The position numbers and the translations under genes were made by a program. DNA of 64,000 nucleotides from positions 800,001-864,000 of the forward strand of contig CAVVMW010000021.1 in the NCBI GenBank assembly GCA_963749495.1, given 5' to 3'. Every line of letters begins with the position of its first letter. The stretch's first letter is position 1. Positions 28,643 to 39,370 of the stretch are shown piece by piece. The notes under the pieces are model-generated. The model worked only from the letters and a program-made list of their open reading frames with translations, did not search any database and was not told the origin of the DNA. This DNA comes from an uncultured bacterium. Lineage in GTDB: Bacteria > Verrucomicrobiota > Verrucomicrobiia > Limisphaerales > UBA8199.

Positions 28643-28759
28643 CAGCCACCCGTATGGCAGACTTCGAGCACTTGAAGATCCTGCGGCAGGACATTGGGAC
28701 GCCAAATGGATGGAGGAGGAAGTATTCTCAAGCGGCCCCGGTGAACTGCGTCTCCCATT

Positions 28760-30568
28760 ATGAGTGACAAACAAACCCCTCTCGCAAAGTGCCCCTCCGA
28801 GTGGATTGAGGCACACGATTTCGAGGATCTTTCCTTTGAAAAGGCAACCTGGATCCCACTGGCGATGTCAAAGACTGATCTGGAAAAGGAACGCTTTGGT
28901 CGCGTCGGCCACAGACGGGCCTATCGGAGCTTTGAGGCAATAATCGTTCCACTTGACCTCCAGGAACAGTTCAAGAACATGGATTGGCAGTCAGTGATTC
29001 GACGTAATCCCGATGCGGCGTGGGAGGACGACGAGGGATTCCATCCGCCCGGGTCCTACGTGGGCAATCCTCGAGCTCTATATCCTGTCATTCAACGCTC
29101 GTTCGAGACGGGCGAGCCAACGCAGTGGGACCTCCTCCAAGAACTGGAGGTGGGACTCAGGCTTTTTCGTAAAGGGGACTTATGGATACGAGTGGAGGAA
29201 AACGATGTGGAGGTCGCGAGGCTCGAGCGTGACCCGGATGGCAAGCCTGTGGCCATGTTCTTTAGGGCGGAGCACTTGCGCGATTACCTCTGCGCGAAGA
29301 AAGCTGCCTTGCTGCTGACAGCGTTCAGTGTTCGGGACGCGGTGGAAGAGGCGTTTCCTGAACTCGAGTGGACAGCGAACCGCCAAGAGCGGCATTTCAA
29401 ACATGGGGAGTGGGAAGGCACGTGTGTGGCAATCCACGAAGGCGGGCATCCGTTTGGGGATACCGCCACTGTGTTGCATGTCTGGCGTGAGAGCGTGAAT
29501 CCAGAAGAGGACGTGCCGGAGATGCCGGCTCCTGGTGCCGACCCGGGCATGAAGAGCAAGTCCTCTACGATGTCCGCAGCCGGGCGAAAACTCGACCGAC
29601 TTTGCGGACGAATTTGGGTGAAACACTGGATTCTTCCAGCCCAGCAAAGCCCACGGATTCGGTTCAACCACGTCGAAGCCCGGGTTCCCTTTTTGGTGGA
29701 AAATCAACAGAGCAAGACGCTCAGCGGTGACGCATTGGCTGAATACCGGGGTTGGCTCTGGTTTCGGCCGGGCGCGATTCGTCACATTGCCAACCAAACG
29801 AAGGGCAGGCTCAAGTGGTTCACTGGCATGACGGGGGAAGTTGGCCCTGCGAGCAACGTGATGCTCCACTTCGGCCTCAACAAGCTTGGGTTGGTCAACG
29901 TCCTGGGCAGCGATATGGCCGATCTCCCGGAGTGGGCCCAGAAGCTCTGGGTGGCTTCCAATGTTCCGCCAGACGGCGGGCTGTCGGACGAGTTGCACAT
30001 GTCGCAGAATCTGGCACGGCCAGCCGACACGATCTCGCCCGAGGCGGCGTTGCTGCACAACCTCCAAACCCTTCACGACCGCGCGATCGCCAAATATGGT
30101 CAACCACTCCTGTCGAGACTACCCTCTGAAAAGGACTTCTTCAGACGAGTTCATCGTTTCTACTGCGATTCATTCGAAAACGTCTGCGAATTGTGCAAGG
30201 AGATCTGCCGCACCCTCGTGGAACCGATCGACCTTGGGTTGCTCAATGCCAAGATCAACCCTGCCAACGCGGCAAATACGAACCAAAACAAGCTCGGGTC
30301 AATCAAGCGCCTCGCCATGTGGCTCGATTCGGTTGGCTTGAACGGGCGAGACGTCACCAAGCCGCTTGCCGGCATTTACGATCTGCGCATAGCCGATGCT
30401 CACGCGAAGGAGGCGGATGTCCGCGCGTCGTTGGAACTCCTCGGGATCCCCCGCGATTCTCAGGAATACCAAACCATTTGCTTTACCGCTATCGGTTTGG
30501 CGGCGAATTGCGTCGCTCAGGTGGCCGACGTAATCGAACCAGGGCCACGGGCCTCCGACCCAACATGA
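28760..30568 (+). CDS. Hypothetical 602 aa protein with C-terminal HEPN-like RxxxxH motif
   Basis: Long ORF; LAGIYDLRIADAH near C-terminus. Confidence 0.75.
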   Translation: MSDKQTPLAKCPSEWIEAHDFEDLSFEKATWIPLAMSKTDLEKERFGRVGHRRAYRSFEAIIVPLDLQEQFKNMDWQSVIRRNPDAAWEDDEGFHPPGSYVGNPRALYPVIQRSFETGEPTQWDLLQELEVGLRLFRKGDLWIRVEENDVEVARLERDPDGKPVAMFFRAEHLRDYLCAKKAALLLTAFSVRDAVEEAFPELEWTANRQERHFKHGEWEGTCVAIHEGGHPFGDTATVLHVWRESVNPEEDVPEMPAPGADPGMKSKSSTMSAAGRKLDRLCGRIWVKHWILPAQQSPRIRFNHVEARVPFLVENQQSKTLSGDALAEYRGWLWFRPGAIRHIANQTKGRLKWFTGMTGEVGPASNVMLHFGLNKLGLVNVLGSDMADLPEWAQKLWVASNVPPDGGLSDELHMSQNLARPADTISPEAALLHNLQTLHDRAIAKYGQPLLSRLPSEKDFFRRVHRFYCDSFENVCELCKEICRTLVEPIDLGLLNAKINPANAANTNQNKLGSIKRLAMWLDSVGLNGRDVTKPLAGIYDLRIADAHAKEADVRASLELLGIPRDSQEYQTICFTAIGLAANCVAQVADVIEPGPRASDPT

Positions 30569-31380
30569 CTGATAACGAGAGTTCAGGTAGCGTTGACCAG
30601 CAAGAGACGGAGCTTAGACGGTGCGTCTGCCCGATATGGTCGCGCTCAGGAAAGGCACCCGAAGCAGTTGGTAGCTCGACTCTTCTGCAGATCGGACAAC
30701 AGGGCTTTGCGCTGACTGCGACGCACGTAATCAATTATTTCGACGGCCGCGGTATTCATATAGGGACCTCGAAAGGTTTCCGTCCTATTGTTGGGCAGGT
30801 GAGTGTGTCGGTCACCCCCGACACCACCGACACCGCATTCATCTCGTTGCATCCCGAAATCACCGCCTGGTTGGCCGAGGAATACGGTTTTCTGGTGATA
30901 GACCAGATTGATTTATGGGATTTGCCGACCCCAACAACCGGATACCAGTTCTTCGGCGTTCCCTACCGAAAGGTGCATCGCCCCAGGAACGAAAGGCGGT
31001 TCCACTTTCCGGTTTACTCGTATGCCGCGCCCCCTGTCCCACCCTCAACATACGAGAGCTTGGGTTTGTTACAGGTGTCCCATGTGGCTGTCGATTTCGT
31101 CGAGCGCCGCGTAAGAGACGGAACCGGGCGCATCATTACTGCCCCGAACCCTGAGGGCATGAGCGGCGGACCCGTTTTTAGCCTCCAACGACCGACCTCG
31201 ATTGGACCCGCGACGACAGGCCCCAACGAAAGACGCTTTGTCGCACTTGCAATCGAGCACCGCAAAGGCGTCTTGATCGGGATCAGAGTTGCCGTCGCCT
31301 TAGACGCGATCCGCCGTGCTTACCCGCATTTGGGCAACCTCATCCCTGCCTTGCCCCCCTGGCTGAAGATTCTCCACTAA
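30565..31380 (+). CDS. Trypsin-like serine protease
   Basis: LTATHV (His), DTAFI (Asp), GMSGGPV (Ser); ATGA overlap with upstream gene; no signal peptide. Confidence 0.85.
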   Translation: MTDNESSGSVDQQETELRRCVCPIWSRSGKAPEAVGSSTLLQIGQQGFALTATHVINYFDGRGIHIGTSKGFRPIVGQVSVSVTPDTTDTAFISLHPEITAWLAEEYGFLVIDQIDLWDLPTPTTGYQFFGVPYRKVHRPRNERRFHFPVYSYAAPPVPPSTYESLGLLQVSHVAVDFVERRVRDGTGRIITAPNPEGMSGGPVFSLQRPTSIGPATTGPNERRFVALAIEHRKGVLIGIRVAVALDAIRRAYPHLGNLIPALPPWLKILH

Positions 31381-31890
31381 GTAGGCAACCGGTGGCACGC
31401 CGCTCCATCACTTCCGAGACGAAAGTCTTGCTGTGCCGTCCGCTGCGGTCCAGAAATCCACCGCGCGGGCAATACCGGCTTCCCCATGGCCACCGAAGGA
31501 ACAGAGGCAAACGGGGGCTCCATTTTCGGGTGGTGGTAACGATCTGGCGAGTCGAGGGCTCGGCCCGCTCGTCGAGTTGGAGGCGGATCCACCACCCGTT
31601 TTCGACCAACAAACCGCCAACAAACGCCTCCAGTGCCGCCACGGCGTGACCGGCGACAGCGAAGGACCAACTTGCCAGGGAGCGTCTCAAACCATTTCCG
31701 CGCCGGCCCGGGATGGCCCGACAACACGAAAGTCGTTTCGCCTTGCTTAGATATGCTCTGCAGGTGCGGTGGACCAAGATGCGCTCCGACCCAGGCAAAT
31801 CCCCTTCCTTCTCCACCGACGCTCCATAGGGCATCCGGGCCGGACCCCCATGAGGACTTTGCGTCGAGAATTCCGGCAAACTCAAAGCTC

Positions 31891-32121
31891 ATGAAAGATG
31901 AAATCACTCCTCGTCGAGAGAAAAGCTAGAAGACCAAACGCGAGATCGCCGCGCATTTCAAATGCAGTGTGCGCACCATCACGAGCCTCATGCGCCGGCG
32001 CATCTTGCCGTTCGTCAAACAGGGGCGCTTCGTGCGTTTCGACACGGACGATTGTGATCGGGCGATGCAGAAACTCCGGAGCCCAAGCATCTTCGACCGT
32101 GTCCAAACTGGAGGCGTCTGA
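31891..32121 (+). pseudogene. Excisionase-like HTH gene with in-frame TAG at codon 13
   Basis: MKDEITPRREKS*KTKREIAAHFKCSVRTITSLMRRRILPFVKQGRFVRFD. Confidence 0.75.
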
Positions 32122-32243
32122 CCGCCCGTAAAGGGTCGTCATTGGAGAACACGAGATGCGGCGCGGCCGAAAAGACGAAACATGGTTTCGTCTCCGGCTT
32201 CGCCGCTGGTGATCGAGAAAACGGGCCGTAAACCCCCAAATTC

Positions 32244-32266
32244 TGTAGCAAGATTGTAGCAAGATT
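32244..32266. repeat. Tandem TGTAGCAAGAT repeats, integrase arm-type site candidate
   Basis: TGTAGCAAGAT TGTAGCAAGAT about 100 bp from the tRNA fragment. Confidence 0.6.
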
Positions 32267-32368
32267 TTCTAGAGTTTTATGGGTTTTCATGAGCTTCCAT
32301 GGGTTTTGGCTCGGGTTGGGGCGAAATGACGGAACCCCCTGCAACTGCGTAAGTTGCAGGGGGCAAAT

Positions 32369-32420
32369 TGGTTGCGGGGGCTGGATTTGAACCAGCGACC
32401 TTCAGGTTATGAGCCTGACG
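32369..32420 (-). tRNA. tRNA-fMet(CAT) 3' fragment (att site), not a complete tRNA
   Basis: Minus strand CGTCAGGCTCATAACCTGAAGGTCGCTGGTTCAAATCCAGCCCCCGCAACCA; 5' half absent. Confidence 0.9.
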
Positions 32421-32899
32421 GGGGAGGGGGCGAAGGACTTATGTTCAAGCCAGGACCTCGATCCCTGTTGAACAGTCGGGCGTGGGAACTCATCGGCCCT
32501 CAGCACGCCGCGCAGGGCGAAGGCCGGAATTCGAAGTCCGGCCTCAAGTCGTCTGCTGCATTGCTTGGGTCTTCGGAGCTCGGATTTCCAGCGGCGGAGT
32601 CCTGGTGAACCACCCGGGTTGGCGCCTGTTTCTGCCCACGTCCGGTCTTGCGGAGAGGCTTTTCGTCGAGATCCACCAACACGGGATCTTGGGTTTCCGC
32701 GCCGCCCGCGGCGCGCACGCCTGGTCCTTGACGCACTTGCCACCTGAGCATTGAATAAGCCCGTGCATGCCATGCTCGCCGCTTCCGCCCTCCCCCGTGT
32801 GCGCCGATCGAGCCGCCGACCGATTCACCGGCTCCTGACCGCCCTGTTCTTTCTGATCGCGCTGGCCGCCCGCTCGGGCGAGGTACTCTATAACGGCAA

Positions 32900-33459
32900 A
32901 TGGAATCAACTATCAAACCCATGCCCAGGGGCGGGATTTCGGATACGGCACGCCCAAACAGTGGGTGGCGTTGTTGTGGATTTGCGTGTTGGTCGGCGGC
33001 GCTGGCATCATTTTATGGCGGGTATCGCCAAAGGTAGTTGCCGTGCTGGTCGCACTGGTGGCGACAGCCCTCGGCATTCTCTTGGGCCTGCTCACCCCTT
33101 GGCACACGCAATCGCTTTCGGCAAGCGCAGCGCGGAAGATTGTCATCGAGCACCAGCCCGCCCGATTCGAGATTATCGAATACAGCAATGGTTCGAAGGA
33201 GTTGTGGATGACTCCGCCAAAGAGCAGGCACTATCCCCGCTTTATCGCGCCAGCGGATGGACCCATGCTCGCGCTGCTGGCCGAGAACAAAATTGCCTTC
33301 CATACCTCGATTCAGGGTGTGGACTTTGGGTATGATGTGCCGAGACGAGGGATGGCGCTGCTCTATATCTCCATTTTGGCAACGGGTGCGGTCGTCATTT
33401 TGTGGCGGGCATGGAGAAAGGAACCTCGGTTTCCGGCGTCTGTTAGCTCCAGTCTCTGA
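32900..33459 (+). pseudogene. 5'-truncated membrane protein with internal repeat, joined to a signal-peptide fragment at 32772-32897
   Basis: QGRDFGYGTPKQWVALLWI vs QGVDFGYDVPRRGMALLYI. Confidence 0.5.
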
Positions 33460-34164
33460 TATCGTGCCGACATTCGGGCCGGCTCCTCTGGCGCTCTCAA
33501 GCTGGCACGAACTCACTCATTCGACGACCGGAAGGCAGCCTGTTAGCCTCTGCCATTCACTCGAATCAAATACCGGCAGGAAGTCCCAGAAAACCCTCTG
33601 GCCAGTCAGCCGTTCACCGGGACCTTCAACTCGAGGCCGCCCAGGTCCACGGTTTCTCCAGCTTGCAATAGGACGGATTTCTGAATGACCGCGGTTGTGG
33701 TTCCCGGCCCCGGACCGGACAGCACTTGCACCGAAATCGCGGCACCGGGATTTCGGTTCCTTCCTCCAGCACGCGCCCGCTGAAGGCCGGGAAAGTGCGC
33801 TTGTCCTCGGCGCCGCGAAGCGGTAGATCGGCAGCCCACCGAGGCCTCGCCTCGGCCAAGCAGGCCTGGTTTTTTGCCGCCGCATCAGAGGATCAGGAGA
33901 AAACGGGTCCACGCAACCGGCGGATTCATCACCCATAACGAGCCTGTTCCGCCTGGGGGCGGCATTAGCGCCGCTTTTGGCTTGACGGTGAGGAGGCGAG
34001 CGGTATCATGGCTACGCCAAGTATGAATAGGAACTTCGCACAACCGGTTTTCCCTTGGCCGCGTGGTGTCAAGGGCCAAAGCCTCATGGGTTCCTTGCCG
34101 GGGAACGGGAGTTCCTCCGCCGCTACTTCGAAGATGGTATCCATCCCGACTAAGAGTAAAGGCC

Positions 34165-35847
34165 ATGAATAACCAACCCCTGACGATTGTGATGGCATTC
34201 CTCGGCATTGTTTGCGCGAATTGCTGCGACGGAGCCGACCTCTCCACCCAGCGCGCTGGCGCGGAAGCCGGCGCGGTGAGGCATCCGCCCGTTTTCAATG
34301 TCCGGGACTATGGAGCGGTTGGGGATGGAGCCGCCCTTGACACCCCCGCGTTCCAGGCTGCCATAGATGCATGCCATGAAAAGGGAGGAGGCATGGTCCT
34401 GGTGCCGCGCGGCCAATTCGTGGCTGGCACGATTCTCCTCAAGAGCGACGTGCAACTCGATCTGGCATCCTCGGCAGTGATTCTGGGCAGCAAGGATCTG
34501 TCCCATTACGCCACGAACATCGCCCGCTGCGGGTTTGTGAACGAGACGGCCATCGACAAATGCCTGGTGTATGCGGAGCACGCCGAAAACATTGCTATTA
34601 CCGGGAGGGGAACGATCGACGGCCAAGGCGGCGCCTTTCCCTGGCGCCTTCCGGACGGCCAACCGGGAGAGCGGCCCATGCTGATCCGCTTTTTCCAATG
34701 CACAAACGTGGTGGTGGAAGCGGTGACACTGCGGAGCGCGGGCGCGTGGTGCTCGCATTACCGGGAGTGCGACGGGGTGCGCGTTCATGGCATTGCCATC
34801 CATAACCGAGCGAATGGGAATGGGGATGGCATTGACCTGATGAGCACAAGGAACGTCCGAATATCGGATTGCACGCTGCTCTGCGAGGATGACGCGATCT
34901 GTTTCCAAAATATGTCGGACGAACGCCCCACGGAAAACATTGTTATCGACAACTGCATCCTGAGCACCCGCTGGGCGGCGATCCGCTCTGGCGGGGCTCA
35001 TCGTGGAGGCATTCGGCGCGTCACCGTTTCAAATTGCGTCATCATGGACACATACGGCTGCGGGATAAAGCTGCAGGTTTCCGGCAACGGTTCGCTCGAA
35101 GATATGACGTTCAACAACCTGGTCATGACCAGGGTCACCAGCCCCATTTCGCTGCGCTTCGGCAACCATCACTACAACAACGAGACCAGAGATGAAGCTT
35201 ACCCCTTCGGCAAAATGCGCAATCTGGTGTTCAGCAACATCCGGGCGAGCGTTCTCGACGAAGCCGAACTGAAAAGGGAGGTTCCCGATCATCATCCCGG
35301 CGAGCAACGCCAGTGCATCTCGATCTGCGGCATTCCCGGCCAGCCGGTCGAGGGGATTACGCTCAGCGACATCCAAGTCACGTTTCCCGGCGGCGGCACG
35401 CCTGAGGAAGCGGCCAAAAGAGACCTGCCGGAATTCGCGGACGAGTATCCCGAGTATTTCTTATGGGGCGTGCTGCCGGCGTACGGCCTGTATGCGCGGC
35501 ATGTCCGAAACCTCACTTTGGACAACGTCCGCTTCGAACTTGCGAAGCAGGATGCTCGGCCCGCCATTATTTGTGACGACGTCCAGGACCTGGAACTGTC
35601 CGGTTTCAAGGCCCAGGCGGGGGTCTCGGTTGAATCCCTCATCCGGCTGCGGGCGGTTCAACGCGCGTTCATTCACGGCTCAAGGCCGCTCGATGAGATT
35701 GGCACTTTTGTTCGTGTTGAGGGTGCGAGCAGCAAAGATATTGTCTTGGCCGGGAACAACCTTGCTCACGCGAAGCAAGCCGTGGAACGAGTTGGGGGGG
35801 CGCCGGCCGTGGATTGCAGCCAGCAACCGGCCGCGCCTGGACGTTGA
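34165..35847 (+). CDS. GH28-like / pectin-lyase-fold glycoside hydrolase
   Basis: FNVRDYGAVGDG...DT.AFQAAID, GTIDGQG, NGDGID, EDDAIC, LPAYGLYARHV. Confidence 0.9.
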   Translation: MNNQPLTIVMAFLGIVCANCCDGADLSTQRAGAEAGAVRHPPVFNVRDYGAVGDGAALDTPAFQAAIDACHEKGGGMVLVPRGQFVAGTILLKSDVQLDLASSAVILGSKDLSHYATNIARCGFVNETAIDKCLVYAEHAENIAITGRGTIDGQGGAFPWRLPDGQPGERPMLIRFFQCTNVVVEAVTLRSAGAWCSHYRECDGVRVHGIAIHNRANGNGDGIDLMSTRNVRISDCTLLCEDDAICFQNMSDERPTENIVIDNCILSTRWAAIRSGGAHRGGIRRVTVSNCVIMDTYGCGIKLQVSGNGSLEDMTFNNLVMTRVTSPISLRFGNHHYNNETRDEAYPFGKMRNLVFSNIRASVLDEAELKREVPDHHPGEQRQCISICGIPGQPVEGITLSDIQVTFPGGGTPEEAAKRDLPEFADEYPEYFLWGVLPAYGLYARHVRNLTLDNVRFELAKQDARPAIICDDVQDLELSGFKAQAGVSVESLIRLRAVQRAFIHGSRPLDEIGTFVRVEGASSKDIVLAGNNLAHAKQAVERVGGAPAVDCSQQPAAPGR

Positions 35848-35977
35848 AATCCCGGTCGCCGTCATCTCGCGATTGCGCACGCCGGAGCATTTTCTGCAAA
35901 AAACAGAGAGAGTTTCGCGAAAATGAGTGGTTTCGGCTATGGGAGAGTGATCATAGTTGGTGGCACTGCGACAAGCC

Positions 35978-37639
35978 ATGAATAAAAGAAGAAGCGCCGA
36001 CTTTGACCGAGTACCGCGTTCAAATGTTGCTCTATCGCTGTTATGCCTGCTTTGGGTTGTGCCCCCATGCGTCGGTGCGGGGATTACCCCCACGCCGAGT
36101 GAACTGGGCAACGCCGCTCGCTGGGCGGCCGCCAAGTTCGATGGCCCATCTTCGTCGGCCAAGCCTCGGGCGGGGCTGCGCGTCCTCGCGAACCACGACC
36201 CGGTGCAATTGAACGCCCGCGCGGGCAAGCCGCTGCAGATTGTCGATGCCCGTTATACGCGGGGTCTTTATTGCCATGCGATCAGCAAAGTCCTGGTCCG
36301 GCTCCCGGGACCGGGTGATGAATTCACCGCCCTCGTGGGCGTCAACAGCAATGATGACACGCGCGGGGGCCGGGGCAGCGTGCATTTCCTGGTCGGGGTG
36401 GGAGGACAAAACCGCTTCAAAAGCCCGCTGATGCGGGAGGGAATGGCCGGCCTGCCGCTCAAGGTGCCGTTGGACGGGGTCAGCGAATTCGTGCTGGAGG
36501 TGGATGACGGCGGCAACGGGATCGGTTGCGATCAAGCCGACTGGGCCGAGGCCAGGGTGAAGCTCAAGGATGGCACGGAGGTATGGTTGGCGGACCTGGG
36601 TTTGGAGGAAGCCGAGATCTCGAACGAGCCGCCGTTCACGTTCCTGCTGGAGGGCAAGTCTTCCGCCGAGTTTCTCAACACCTGGAAGGTCGAGCGCTCC
36701 CGCCGCGAGTTGGATGCGAATCGCACGGAGCACCTGGCGACGTATTCGGATCCGAAAACGGGCCTCGAGGCACGCTGCCGGGCGTTGGAGTATCGGGATT
36801 TCCCCACTGTCGAATGGACCGTATATCTCAAGAACCTGTGGCGGCGCTGGATGGTGGCCTGGAACATCCCGCGTCCTGGCGGCACATTGCCCAGCCCGCT
36901 CTTGACGCCGTGCAGTTCGCACCAGTTCGGCGAGATGATCCATGCCAACGAACAGAGCCAAATCCAGTTCATCGACCGCTACCAGGAGGAGGGCTTCGCC
37001 ATTGACTTTTGGTGGATGGACGCCGGTTGGTACGTCAACCGGAGCGGCTGGCCAAACACCGGGACGTGGCTGGTGGACAGCAATCGATTCCCTCACGGAC
37101 TGCGCGCCATCACCGACCACGGGCACGCCAAGGGCGTCAAGTCCATCGTGTGGTTCGAGCCGGAGCGGGTTACCGGGGGGACGTGGCTGGCAGAGAAGCA
37201 TCCCGAATGGCTGCTCAAAGGCACCCTGTTGAATCTGGGCTGCTTGCCGGCCCGGGAGTGGCTCACGGACCACATCGACCAACTGCTGACTGAACAAGGA
37301 ATCGACCTCTACCGCCAGGACTACAATATCGATCCACTGGAATTCTGGCGCAGCGCCGATGGGCCGGACCGACAGGGGATAACGGAGAATCACTACGTCG
37401 CCGGCTACCTGGCCTACTGGGATGAGCTGCTGCGTCGGCGCCCGGGCATGCTTATCGACTCGTGCGCGAGCGGCGGGCACCGGAACGACCTCGAGACGAT
37501 GCGCCGCTCCGTGCCGTTTCTGCGGTCGGATTATATTTTTGACCCGGTGGCCAACCAGTGCCACAGCTACGGCCTGGCGCTTTGGCTCCCCTATAATGGC
37601 ACGGGAACCGGCCCGCGGCAGTTCAGCCTTTACGAATAA
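35978..37639 (+). pseudogene. NPCBM-domain + GH36 alpha-galactosidase with apparent internal deletion and truncated C-terminus
   Basis: DQADWA (NPCBM), WWMDAGWY, WFEPERV, YRQDYN, DSCASGG; abrupt EWTVYLKN|LWRRW junction. Confidence 0.75.
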
Positions 37640-37657
37640 GAGAATACAGGATGAGAA

Positions 37658-38153
37658 ATGACTCCGATTCGATTTTCCTGCGGGGTGCTGAGGGGGTTTG
37701 TTTGCACGGCCGTCTCTCTGGGATTCGCCTTGGGTTCGGGGTGGGGGGCGTTCGCTCGGGGTTTGGCGGACGCCGCCCCATTGCCGGGGCGGCACGGGGC
37801 AACCCTCTATGTTTCCAAGCAGGGCGACAATTACTACGTCATTTACCTGCACGCCGCGGTTCCCGGCCACAATGGCTGGATTTCATTCCTCGCACGGTCC
37901 GTGGACCTCGAGACTTGGGAACTGAGCCCGTTCAATCCCATCCTCGAAGCGGGCCCCGGCGAGGGCATCAACAACTCGGACGTGGATCTGTTCGAGTACC
38001 GAGGGCCGGACCTACCTGTTCTACGCCAGCGGCAACCAGGCGGATTGGAGCTCGATCCGCGTGGCCCAATTTGCCGGGCCGATGAAGGACTTCTTTGCCG
38101 GCCATTTCCCCGAGGCCGCTCCGGCCATCAAGATCAGCGCGGTGCGCAAGTAG
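37658..38153 (+). pseudogene. Secreted beta-propeller glycosidase-like gene, apparent internal deletion plus frameshift
   Basis: YVSKQGDN joined directly to YYVIYL...SPFNPIL...INNSDVDL; frameshift near 38005 continues RTYLFYASGNQADW. Confidence 0.6.
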
Positions 38154-38196
38154 CCCTGCGCTACCAGTACCCCCCCAACATAGGACAGGTGGCGGT

Positions 38197-39099
38197 TTAT
38201 TGTCCGGAGGATGTGGGCACCGAGCCTCGGGCCTGGAGCCATGCGACATCAACGTTGTTGGGCGAAGAGATGTTCTCCGTTAGTTGCGCGGTGCCCATGG
38301 GGAAGTTGGTGCGGCCATCGCGCCACCTGTGGATTTCGGAATGGCCATCGGCAAAACCGATGCCCCCGGCACCGTTGTGGTAGCTCGCGGGGACATTGAC
38401 GAGTTCCGCGGCGGCGCCCCTGTTCACCAGATCGGTGCCAAAACTGCCATCATCGATGCTGTCTGCACGCTCGTCCACGAAGGTCAGAATCTGCGCCGGA
38501 TTCCGGATCTGGGTCAACCTGCGGTAATTGACGAAGTTTTCGTCAGGCGCACACCACCAGTCGCTTGGGCAGTTCAGCTTCTGGTTCAAGGACACGCTAC
38601 GAACGCGGGGGTACGTCTGGCCCACCATTTTGGCGGTGCTCTTGTCCGCCGGGCACTTGTAGCACGCTACGTTTTGCACGTAACGATACAAATCGCCATT
38701 GATGAGGTTAAGGACGTTCGTATTATCGGTGTCAGCCTGGCCCAATTGCATCCAACCGATGACCCAGCCATACTTGTTCTGGAGCCAGCCGCCAGTCACG
38801 AGCCGGTCGGCATTATCATGGGCGTAGGTGGCCCAGCCGAGATTCAACTGATGGAGGTTGTTCAAGCAGTAGATGCCTTGGGCTTTGGTCTTGGCCTTGG
38901 TCAGGGCCGGCAGCAACAGGCTGGCCAGGATGGCGATAATCGCGATAACGACTAGAAGCTCGATCAAGGTGAACGCCCCGACCCCGGCCCCGGGCCCGTG
39001 AGCGCCCTGAAGCCCTACGGGGCGCCCAACCGGCGATCGCCCCCTTTCGTCGTTGTTGTCCCTCGAATTTTCCATAATCTTCATGTCCTCAGGCGGCAT
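38197..39099 (-). CDS. Prepilin-type N-terminal cleavage/methylation protein with H-X9-DG motif (DUF1559-like)
   Basis: [36 protein letters not shown]. Confidence 0.92.
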   Translation of the reverse strand: MPPEDMKIMENSRDNNDERGRSPVGRPVGLQGAHGPGAGVGAFTLIELLVVIAIIAILASLLLPALTKAKTKAQGIYCLNNLHQLNLGWATYAHDNADRLVTGGWLQNKYGWVIGWMQLGQADTDNTNVLNLINGDLYRYVQNVACYKCPADKSTAKMVGQTYPRVRSVSLNQKLNCPSDWWCAPDENFVNYRRLTQIRNPAQILTFVDERADSIDDGSFGTDLVNRGAAAELVNVPASYHNGAGGIGFADGHSEIHRWRDGRTNFPMGTAQLTENISSPNNVDVAWLQARGSVPTSSGQ

Positions 39100-39215
39100 A
39101 TTTTACCTTTTGCGGATTCCTTGTTCAACCTTTTAGGTTCCAGGGCGCAAGCCCAGCTTGGAAGCCGGCGCTCGGCGCCTCCGGCTTCGAGGCGCGTGGC
39201 GCAGCTTTCGCGGTA

Positions 39216-39359
39216 ACTGTCCAGGTGGGCACGCGTGGGGCAGACCTCTGGTCTGCCGGTTAGGGGGGCCTCTGGCCCCGAGTCTTGCACCTGCAAGGGA
39301 CACGGAGCCGGAGGCTCCGTGAACCGGCAGACCAGAGGTCTGCCCCACACCTGAAAAGT
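39216..39359. repeat. MITE/REP element
   Basis: GTGGGGCAGACCTCTGGTCTGCCGGT ... ACCGGCAGACCAGAGGTCTGCCCCAC inside imperfect outer IR. Confidence 0.75.
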
Positions 39360-39370
39360 CACCGTTGGCG

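Noticed and set aside
31927..31929. Pyrrolysine or amber recoding in the excisionase
   Set aside because: No pyl genes are seen and other genes here use TAG as stop; a TGG to TAG mutation is simpler
32369..32445. Complete tRNA-Met gene
   Set aside because: Similarity ends at 32420 and no 5' half is present
33600..34050. Protein-coding gene on the minus strand
   Set aside because: Only short frame-broken fragments; no family could be assigned with confidence
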